39,211 nt of DNA from Candidatus Woesearchaeota archaeon (lineage in GTDB: Archaea; Nanobdellota; Nanobdellia; Pacearchaeales; GW2011-AR1). Location: assembly GCA_012798335.1 (NCBI GenBank), contig JAAZNJ010000005.1, forward strand, positions 1-39,211, in the 5' to 3' direction. Below, piece after piece: positions 8,732-16,170 of this stretch. The stretch's first letter is position 1. Every line of letters starts with the position of its first letter. The notes beneath the pieces were generated by a model. It worked only from the letters and a program-made list of their open reading frames with translations. It did not search any database and was not told the origin of the DNA. A program made the position numbers and the translations under genes.

Positions 8732-10315
8732 CTACTTTTTCTTTGTTTTTGCTTTTTTACTCTTTTTAACTTGAACTTTCTTTTTTGTCTTCTTTTTCTT
8801 TAAGTAATAATAAATGATTACAAGAGCAACTAAAGTTAAAACAGCTGCTAAAGGTCCATAGAATGGTAATGATGCTTCTGTTGGACATAGAACTTGCTTA
8901 ACTATTCCATCAGGATTTTCTGTATCACAACTATCTTTTACATTAATAGTCATCCAACCAGCAGGTTCTACATCGCAAGCTTTAACAATTGTTGAGCTAA
9001 TAAAACATCCTGGATTAGATGTTTCATAATTATCACATTTTCCATTTATACAAAATAAACCAGATGCACAGGTGTCTTTTGTTCCATCAGTACAATCAGA
9101 ACAAGTACATCCTTCATTCCATTCGCATGTATGATCATTATCACAAGCAGGATATTGATAAGGACAAACATTTCCCAATTGACAATATAAACCTCCTGTT
9201 GAATTTTTACAAAGTGTAAAACCTTTATTACACCCATTTGTAGGATCTCCAGGATTATCTAAATTAATGTATGCTCCATAACAACTATTTGAACTTGAAT
9301 TCCAGTAACAATTACAATCAATTGTTCCACCACATGTTATTCCCCCACTACTTAAAGTATAATCTGCAACATTACATGTGTCTCCTTCACAACTTGTTTC
9401 ATCAGGGTATTCATTACAAGTTTGAACTCCTGGGCTATCACAAACAGTTCCTTTTGTTACTTCTAATAAATTTGATGAACTCATTGTTATTCTTGGACTT
9501 GAAGTAATAGAAGCACTAAAATTATATTTTGTATTACCTCCAAATATACCAGCAGAAATCCATTGAGTTGTCCATTCACCATAAGCAACAGCATTATCTC
9601 CAAATGTTATAGAAGTAGGTTGTGATAAAATGCCTGTTGTTGAATCATCAGATTTAAACACAGTAAAATTAACTTGTTGATCTCTACATCCATCAGAATC
9701 ATCACCATAAACTTGAAGTTTTACTTTGTTTCCTTCAGCTGTTTTTGTTACACTCCAATTTGCTTTATTTAAATAGCACATCTTAGGAGCATTTGAATAA
9801 CAACATATCTTTGTTGAATATTCTGAAAAATTGCCAATATGCGCATTTGTATCAGAAGATAATGAAAGAAGATGAATATCTCTTGGATTAGCTCCTTCTG
9901 TTGGACAAGTTTCAATTTCTGTATAATTACTACAATCAAAATCTTCATAACAAACATTTACAATATAATTTGAATAATCTTTAATCTCTGCATGAGCATT
10001 TGTTGTTGAAGATAATCCGATAAGTTTGTTTCCATTAGCTGGCAAACAATTTAAATCTCCTGTCCCTCTTGCACAACATAAAACATAAGGATAACTTCCT
10101 GTTGTTGAATTCTCACCATGAGCATTTGTATAATTTGTTAAACCCATAACAATATAACCAATATCGCTTGTGCAACTTGTTCTTAACATTACTTCACACT
10201 GCCCATTTTCTAAAGAACTTGCAAAAGATAAAGAGGATAAGAAAGATAAAACTAGTATTGTAGAAATAAATAATAATCTCAACTCTTTTTTCATTCTAAT
10301 TTTAAGAAAATACAT
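8732..10315 (-). CDS. Cys-rich secreted surface protein with three TNAH repeats, C-terminal TM anchor and poly-Lys tail
   Basis: Signal peptide (LLFISTILVLSFLSSLSFASS; the true start may be the second Met, MKKEL). Three repeats: GLTNYTNAHGEN..YPYVLCC, GLSSTTNAHAEI..YIVNVCY and LSLSSDTNAHIGN..YSTKICC. C-terminal half has dense Cys. TM LAAVLTLVALVIIYYYL, then KKKKTKKKVQVKKSKKAKTKKK. Confidence 0.7.
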   Translation of the reverse strand: MYFLKIRMKKELRLLFISTILVLSFLSSLSFASSLENGQCEVMLRTSCTSDIGYIVMGLTNYTNAHGENSTTGSYPYVLCCARGTGDLNCLPANGNKLIGLSSTTNAHAEIKDYSNYIVNVCYEDFDCSNYTEIETCPTEGANPRDIHLLSLSSDTNAHIGNFSEYSTKICCYSNAPKMCYLNKANWSVTKTAEGNKVKLQVYGDDSDGCRDQQVNFTVFKSDDSTTGILSQPTSITFGDNAVAYGEWTTQWISAGIFGGNTKYNFSASITSSPRITMSSSNLLEVTKGTVCDSPGVQTCNEYPDETSCEGDTCNVADYTLSSGGITCGGTIDCNCYWNSSSNSCYGAYINLDNPGDPTNGCNKGFTLCKNSTGGLYCQLGNVCPYQYPACDNDHTCEWNEGCTCSDCTDGTKDTCASGLFCINGKCDNYETSNPGCFISSTIVKACDVEPAGWMTINVKDSCDTENPDGIVKQVLCPTEASLPFYGPLAAVLTLVALVIIYYYLKKKKTKKKVQVKKSKKAKTKKK

Positions 10316-10403
10316 TTTATAAATATTACTGTTCTCTTAGTTTTATTAAAATCTTTGATAGTTAATAGTTTATTATTTAACTAATAATTTACAATCTACT
10401 TAG

Positions 10404-10432
10404 TTTAAAGTTAATGCTATCAGTTATTTAAT
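10404..10432. repeat. Copy 1 of a degenerate direct repeat inside the 708-bp non-coding region
   Basis: TTTAAAGTTAATGCTATCAGTTATTTAAT matches 10707-10735 at 24/29 positions. Flanking colinear anchors (GTTCTCTT at 10331/10630, TCTTTTTTTAT at 10493/10785) suggest a ~170-nt duplicated module with ~300-bp period. Confidence 0.4.
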
Positions 10433-10706
10433 CTTAACAAATGTTCATAATTTTTAAGATTTATCTTGTTTAGAATCTCTAATTTTTAATAATCTTTTTT
10501 TATTTCATATTAAATTAATCTTTATCTTAAAAAATTTTTAATAGAACTTATTTTATTTAAATTAATTTATATTTTTGTTAATTAATAATTCTAATTATTC
10601 ATTTAATCTGCTTAACTCATTAAAATATAGTTCTCTTTTTAATAAAATAACTTTTTTATTCTTAAAAAATTAAAATATAATCATTAAATAATTCTTTACA
10701 CCTTAT

Positions 10707-10735
10707 TTTAAAGTTAATTCTATTGATTATCTAAT
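10707..10735. repeat. Copy 2 of the degenerate direct repeat
   Basis: TTTAAAGTTAATTCTATTGATTATCTAAT; see copy 1. Confidence 0.4.
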
Positions 10736-11023
10736 TATAATAAACCTTAATACTTCTTAAAGTTTGTTTATTAATTTTTAATTCTCTTTTTTTATATATA
10801 AAAAATAAATAGGATTATAATTCAAACAAGTTTATGCTTAAAAAGAATACTCTTTAATTAATAAGAGTTTATTATCAGATAAATATATTTAATAATTAAT
10901 AGTTTACAAAATTATACTAAATTATAAATCATTTTGCATTTTAAATATTTCATAAACAATAAACTTAAATAATAAAAATTAATTTTATTAATATTAAATC
11001 TTAATTTTTTATAATAAAACAAA

Positions 11024-13123
11024 TTAAAAATCTGTTCCTAAAATTCTTTTATATTCTTCCCCTGCTTTATATCTTCCACTATAAAGAAGATTTGCTTTTT
11101 TTATGTCAGCAGGTCCTGCACTTTTCATATTTCCCATAACAGAATATTGTCTCATTAAAGTTGTTCCTTCACCATGAGGAGAAGTAATAGCATGATTTAA
11201 TTCATGCATTCCTACTCTTTTTAACCATTCATAATTTCCATAAATCTGCATGGTATTCAATCTTATTACTGCTCCATTTAAGATATGAGTATTTGGACTA
11301 TTATTTAAATATTGAACACCTGTTAGTCCTGCACAAGGAACATTATTAATATCTCTTAAATCATAAACAGGAACAACAACTATCCAATTTGGATGAGAAG
11401 AAAATCCTGCTATGTTATACCAATAATGAAACTTTGTAGTATTTTCATCATCTATCTGAACTTTTACACTTCCACTATCAATTGCAGAATCAAGCTTATG
11501 ATTAAACAAAGCTTTAACACCATCACTCGCATATATTCTTTCTCTCAACGCCTCTCTTGCTAATGAATTAAATTCTCCTCTATCTGGATCAGGATGTTTA
11601 TATAAAACTTCAATCCCTTCTATTGTTGATAAATCCCATTTTTCTAAGGAATAATCAGGATATGTGTTTAAAACAAACTGATAAAAATCTTGTTTTGTTA
11701 CAGGAAATGTTGAAGGATTAGGGCTTGGCTCGCAAACCATTACAATATTATCATAATCTTTTGAAGCATCAAGAATTAAACTTCTTACATAACTCTTATT
11801 GTCTCCATCAAGATTTCCTGGGTCATTAAATCTCGCTCTTAATAAAATCTTGTTAATTACTTTATTTGCTTGAACATTAAATTTTCCATCAGGAGTTGAA
11901 GTTTCAGGAATCACATTTTCTCCTTTGGTAATACTACCATAAACTTCTTTGATAACATCATAGGCAATAACATCCCCTGCCTTTGTTATTCCTTCATCTT
12001 CTCCATTGCTTTCAATTTGTCCTTTGATATTACATAAATTGTAAATTATTCCTTCTAAATCAGCTGTGTTCTTGTTTGTTTCATCTGTTCCAAAACTTAA
12101 TCTTAATTTATAATTTTGATTTTGAGAAACAGCTTTTGCTTTTATTGAGAGTTCTTTTGTTGTTGGATTTAATGAAATACTATCAAGATAAGCATTGCCT
12201 TCTATAACATCTACTTTTGTATAAGGAATTATTCCAGGAGTATCTTCATCTGTTGGTTCAGGAAGAGTGATTGTTTTTTCTTTACCATCTATTAAACTTT
12301 TATCAACAGCTGAAAGGTCAACTTGTGGAAGCTTATTCACAGGAATATTTCCCACATTAACATCAACACTATTTCTTCCAACATTCCCTTTATCATCATA
12401 AGCTTCACCATAAACTTTTATTATACCAGGTGTATTAAATTGTTTTGAAAATGATATCACATTATTTTGTTCTTTTACCTCATCACTACTAACTGTGCCA
12501 TCTAAGTTAAAATCAGCATACAACTTATACTTAACAATTGTATCTCCATCTTCATCTGTAGCATTTAAACTTAATTGAGAAGATTCCCCAACTTTTAGAG
12601 AGTTTGGATTTGCGCTTAAGCTAACAACAGGAGCATGATTAACTATTGGAATATCATTAACAATAACTTCTAAACTTTTTACATCACTTGTCAATCCTTT
12701 ATTATCTACAACCATAGCAGAAAATTTAGCTTTTCCAACATAATCTAATTGTCTATTAACATCAATAGGTGTTTCTTGGTCTATTGTCTCATCTATACTG
12801 CCATTTCCATCATAATCTGCATCCAAATGATAACTAACAATAAATTTGTCTGATTTTGCATTCACATCTCTTAAATTTTTCAAACTCTTTGCTGTTCCAT
12901 TAACCTTAACATTTACAGATTCTCCTTTATTAACATTTGTTTTATTAACAGTTAAAGTTGCTTCTGGTGGCAAATCAGAAGGAGGAAAAGGAGTACAATC
13001 TTGACAACTAACAATCATTGAACTTGCTGCTAAAGCTAACCCCAATCTTCTTAAATTCCTTTTTATCTTTTTTGAATTCTCTTTTATATTACTAACAAAA
13101 TCTTGCAAGGTTCTTGTCATCAC
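11024..13123 (-). CDS. Secreted or lipid-anchored zinc metalloprotease (metzincin-like) with two tandem Ig/PKD-like domains
   Basis: GTG/ATG start. N-terminal TM with possible lipobox (LALAASSMIVSC). Two repeated domains with DxDxDG-type loops (DADYDGNGSIDE, ADFNLDGTVSSDE). C-terminal HELNHAITSPH fits the HExxHxxxxxH spacing of metzincins, followed by a candidate Met-turn (YSVMG). Confidence 0.65.
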   Translation of the reverse strand: MMTRTLQDFVSNIKENSKKIKRNLRRLGLALAASSMIVSCQDCTPFPPSDLPPEATLTVNKTNVNKGESVNVKVNGTAKSLKNLRDVNAKSDKFIVSYHLDADYDGNGSIDETIDQETPIDVNRQLDYVGKAKFSAMVVDNKGLTSDVKSLEVIVNDIPIVNHAPVVSLSANPNSLKVGESSQLSLNATDEDGDTIVKYKLYADFNLDGTVSSDEVKEQNNVISFSKQFNTPGIIKVYGEAYDDKGNVGRNSVDVNVGNIPVNKLPQVDLSAVDKSLIDGKEKTITLPEPTDEDTPGIIPYTKVDVIEGNAYLDSISLNPTTKELSIKAKAVSQNQNYKLRLSFGTDETNKNTADLEGIIYNLCNIKGQIESNGEDEGITKAGDVIAYDVIKEVYGSITKGENVIPETSTPDGKFNVQANKVINKILLRARFNDPGNLDGDNKSYVRSLILDASKDYDNIVMVCEPSPNPSTFPVTKQDFYQFVLNTYPDYSLEKWDLSTIEGIEVLYKHPDPDRGEFNSLAREALRERIYASDGVKALFNHKLDSAIDSGSVKVQIDDENTTKFHYWYNIAGFSSHPNWIVVVPVYDLRDINNVPCAGLTGVQYLNNSPNTHILNGAVIRLNTMQIYGNYEWLKRVGMHELNHAITSPHGEGTTLMRQYSVMGNMKSAGPADIKKANLLYSGRYKAGEEYKRILGTDF

Positions 13124-13162
13124 TAAATAATGATTTTTCTTATTTATATTTTTTTTGGTTTT

Positions 13163-13191
13163 AAAAAAAGCTTATTAAATTAATATTATAA
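13163..13191. repeat. Left copy of a perfect 29-bp direct repeat (AAAAAAAGCTTATTAAATTAATATTATAA)
   Basis: Identical 29-mer at 15044-15072. The sequences diverge immediately outside on both sides. Confidence 0.9.
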
Positions 13192-13220
13192 CAAAATTTG
13201 TTAAATACGATGTAGAAATA

Positions 13221-13230
13221 TTTAAAAATA
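13221..13230 (+). promoter_or_regulatory. TATA-like TTTAAAAATA about 25 nt upstream of the peptide B ATG
   Basis: Spacing fits a leaderless archaeal transcript. Weak in this AT-rich context. Confidence 0.25.
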
Positions 13231-13249
13231 TATAAATCTTAATAAAATT

Positions 13250-13453
13250 ATGAATAATCTAGCTAGTCTAGTTGAAAGTATAGACGGGCTTTTTATAAAA
13301 AGATCTCATCCTGACAGAGTAGTCCTTTCCTATCAAGAGAAAAAATTACTTGAACAATATATATCCACAGAAATTAATTGTTACGATTGTGATTCTTGTA
13401 ATAGTTGTGGTTCTGGGGATTGTAATTCTTGTTGTGAAGTTGTTGATGATTAA
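13250..13453 (+). CDS. Cys-rich small peptide B (candidate RiPP precursor)
   Basis: 67 aa. Cys-free 43-aa leader-like part, then CYDCDSCNSCGSGDCNSCCEVVDD (7 Cys, mostly CxxC period-3 spacing, acidic tail). Its stop is 11 nt before the radical SAM ATG. Confidence 0.6.
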   Translation: MNNLASLVESIDGLFIKRSHPDRVVLSYQEKKLLEQYISTEINCYDCDSCNSCGSGDCNSCCEVVDD

Positions 13454-13464
13454 TCTAAAAAGGG

Positions 13465-14550
13465 ATGGTAAGAAAGATTTTTATCCAATGGGATTCAACG
13501 AATGATTGTAATCTTCGTTGTAGTCATTGTTATCATAATAGAGAAGGAGAAGAACATTCTTCTCATAAACAGGGATTAAATGCTATGTCTTTAGAAGATG
13601 TTATTTTAATGATTAATGATCTAAATGAAACCGCAAAAAGATGGTCTATGAAACCAAGATTTCAAATTTCTGGAGGAGAACCTTTAATGAGAAAAGATCT
13701 TTATTCTATCTTGGAATATACTAAAAATCTTAAAATGGAAGTAAGAATATTAACAAATGGAACTTTGATAACCGAAGAAAAAGCAAGGGATTTTTATGAA
13801 TTAGGAATTAGAAGATTACAAATTTCTTTAGACGGAAATAAGAAGAGACATAATCTTATAAGGGGTCAACCTTTTGCATATGATCTAGCCATTCAAGGAA
13901 TAAAAAATTGTGCAATTAATAATATAGAAGTTACAGTTTCTATGACTGCATTAAAATCAAATATACAAGATTTTGAAGACGTAATAATTAATTCTATTAA
14001 AGCAGGAGCAAAATATGTAGGAACAAAATCTTATGTCCCAAATCCTTTATTAGGTGTTAATGATCCTGAATTCCTGGATTGTGAAGATTTATACCTTTTG
14101 TATAAAAAAACGAGGGATTTAGAACAAAAATATTCTAAAAAAATTAATGTATTACAAACAGAAGTTTTATGGCATTTAATGCAATGGGATACTAAGATAA
14201 AAAAAGAAGCAAGAGAAAAAGATCTTTTTTTAAGTGGTTGTGGAGCAGGATTTTCTGGCCTTTCAGTTTTATCAGATGGGACAGTTTATCCATGTAGAAG
14301 ATTACCACTTCCTATAGGAAATATTAAAGAGGGATTTGCTAATTTAATGTTAAATAACCCTATTCTTAAAGATTTAAGAGATTTTGAAAAAATGAGAGCT
14401 AAAATGGATAATTGTCAACATATCCCTTATTGTAGGGGTTGTAGAGCAATTGCTTATGCAACAACTGGAGATTACATGGCTAAAGATCCAATGTGTTATA
14501 AAGAATTGGTTACTCCAAAAGATATTCAACCTAGGGTAATTAGAAGATGA
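13465..14550 (+). CDS. Radical SAM enzyme with C-terminal SPASM-type auxiliary Fe-S domain
   Basis: CNLRCSHCY (CX3CX2C) at residues 15-23. GGEPL SAM-binding motif. C-terminal C-x12-G-x4-C (CGAGFSGLSVLSDGTVYPC), then CQHIPYCRGC ... DPMCY. Confidence 0.9.
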   Translation: MVRKIFIQWDSTNDCNLRCSHCYHNREGEEHSSHKQGLNAMSLEDVILMINDLNETAKRWSMKPRFQISGGEPLMRKDLYSILEYTKNLKMEVRILTNGTLITEEKARDFYELGIRRLQISLDGNKKRHNLIRGQPFAYDLAIQGIKNCAINNIEVTVSMTALKSNIQDFEDVIINSIKAGAKYVGTKSYVPNPLLGVNDPEFLDCEDLYLLYKKTRDLEQKYSKKINVLQTEVLWHLMQWDTKIKKEAREKDLFLSGCGAGFSGLSVLSDGTVYPCRRLPLPIGNIKEGFANLMLNNPILKDLRDFEKMRAKMDNCQHIPYCRGCRAIAYATTGDYMAKDPMCYKELVTPKDIQPRVIRR

Positions 14551-15059
14551 ATACTAATGAAATAATTAAAACTTGTTTAAAAGATTTAGAGCCTAAGAAT
14601 GTTTTAGATTTAGGAATTGGAAAAGGAAGATGTTCTAAAATTTTTTTGAAAAAAGGGGTTGAAATTATAGGGGTTGATTTAAAAGATTATAAAATTCCAG
14701 GTATAAAATTTGTTAAATCTAATATAAAAAATTTTGATTTTAAAGAAAATTTTGATTTAATTATAGCTTCTTTAGTTCTTCATTTTTTAAATAAAGATTT
14801 ATCCCTTGAAATAATAAAAAAAATAAAAACCTTTACAAATAAAAATGGGCATAATTTTATTTTAACAATGAATAAGAGGGATAATCTTTTTAAAAAAAAC
14901 AAAAATAATTTTTATTTTGATGAAGAAGAACTTAAAGAATTATATAAAGATTGGGAAATAATCAAATCAGGAAATTTTGAAACCGATTTGGAAGAACATG
15001 ATAATCTAAAACCTCATAAACATAATCTTTCATTTATACTAACAAAAAAAGCTTATTAA
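14547..15059 (+). CDS. Class I SAM-dependent methyltransferase
   Basis: Motif I VLDLGIGKG, acidic end of beta-2 (IIGVDL), motif II-like LIIASLVLHF. ATGA overlap with the radical SAM stop. Confidence 0.8.
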   Translation: MNTNEIIKTCLKDLEPKNVLDLGIGKGRCSKIFLKKGVEIIGVDLKDYKIPGIKFVKSNIKNFDFKENFDLIIASLVLHFLNKDLSLEIIKKIKTFTNKNGHNFILTMNKRDNLFKKNKNNFYFDEEELKELYKDWEIIKSGNFETDLEEHDNLKPHKHNLSFILTKKAY

Positions 15060-15072
15060 ATTAATATTATAA
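15044..15072. repeat. Right copy of the perfect 29-bp direct repeat
   Basis: Covers the last four codons plus stop of the methyltransferase (KKAY*). Ends 6 nt before the stop of the convergent gene 15079..15429. Confidence 0.9.
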
Positions 15073-15078
15073 AAAGGG

Positions 15079-15429
15079 TTAAAACTTTAAACTTATACTC
15101 AAATCAAAACCATTATTCTCTTTTGAAAAAAATCTTTTTTTTCTTTCAAATGAAACATGAATACCTTGGGTTTCATCTAATCTTTTTTGAGATAAAGAAC
15201 TTAAATAATCATGAGCAATAAATGATGCACTATCCATTGCCTTTTCATTTACTCTGTCTTCAGAAAGTTTTTTTAATAAATCTGAAGCTTCATAAGGTGT
15301 TCTTCTTGCAATAGCAGTTTCAGGACTTTCAGGCTTTAAATGTTCTAATGTATAAAGATTATTATCATAAATAAATGGGTTTATATCTGTTATTCTAGAA
15401 TAATTATAAGGGATTAAAGAATTTATCAT
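15079..15429 (-). CDS. Hypothetical protein
   Basis: 116-aa ORF, ATGA-coupled to the upstream ORF 15426..15932. No recognisable motif. Confidence 0.4.
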   Translation of the reverse strand: MINSLIPYNYSRITDINPFIYDNNLYTLEHLKPESPETAIARRTPYEASDLLKKLSEDRVNEKAMDSASFIAHDYLSSLSQKRLDETQGIHVSFERKKRFFSKENNGFDLSISLKF

Positions 15430-15932
15430 CCAAACATAACCTCCAAACCTTTTTTATTCTCTTTTTTTCTCATACCATTCATGCTTGGATTATAATAAAA
15501 AGATAATCCAGAATAATCTTCTAAGCCATCTTTTTTTATTTCTTTAAAATATTCTATTAATCTTTCAAAAGCACTATAAATTTTTTGATTATAAGAATAT
15601 ATTCTTTCTTGAAAATTTTTCATTGATAAAGATAATGGAAATCCTGAATTTGTTAAAACTTTATCTTCTATTGTTTTATCTTTCTCCTTTTTCTTTTCAA
15701 AATTTTCTTTTTCAGTTTCTTTGGGTATTTCTTTTTTGTTAAATAAATAATTAATTAAACCTTTCTTATCATTCAATTCAAGATAAAAACCATTTCTAGT
15801 TTTATAAGCATCAAAAAATGAAAAAATTCCTTGTCTTGATTTTTCATAGAATTTTCTATCTCTTTCTTTATTAATCTCTTTCCTATAATTAAAATATTCT
15901 TTTAATCTCCTAAAATATTTAATTATCCCCAT
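15426..15932 (-). CDS. Hypothetical protein (Lys/Glu-rich, soluble)
   Basis: 168-aa ORF, first gene of a two-gene unit. No recognisable motif. Confidence 0.4.
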   Translation of the reverse strand: MGIIKYFRRLKEYFNYRKEINKERDRKFYEKSRQGIFSFFDAYKTRNGFYLELNDKKGLINYLFNKKEIPKETEKENFEKKKEKDKTIEDKVLTNSGFPLSLSMKNFQERIYSYNQKIYSAFERLIEYFKEIKKDGLEDYSGLSFYYNPSMNGMRKKENKKGLEVMFG

Positions 15933-16170
15933 GTTTTATTAAATAGTTTATTTTTTATAAGTTTAATTATTCTATCAATATCTGTAATTAATCATAATTC
16001 CCAATATTTTAATAAAAAACATTTAAATATAAACTAAATGTTTATGATATATAAAAAAGATTGAAGAAACACTGAATAAAACCTTAGGGAATATTTAAGA
16101 ATAAAACAAAAAATAAAAAACAGATTAATAAAATTAAAAAACATAAACTACCCAAAAATAAACCAGAAAA

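Noticed and set aside
10316-11023. CRISPR array or replication origin in the long AT-rich spacer
   Set aside because: It holds only two degenerate copies with ~300-bp period and no short regular repeat-spacer structure, so it is not CRISPR. The origin idea is unsupported: no orc1/cdc6 gene is adjacent and there are no inverted ORB-like pairs. It is kept only as a low-probability option in the finding.
16018-16042. 8-bp inverted repeat AACATTTA-N9-TAAATGTT upstream of proS as a regulatory hairpin
   Set aside because: A short, all-AT-rich palindrome in a long AT-rich spacer is easily produced by chance, and there is no second copy or positional logic.
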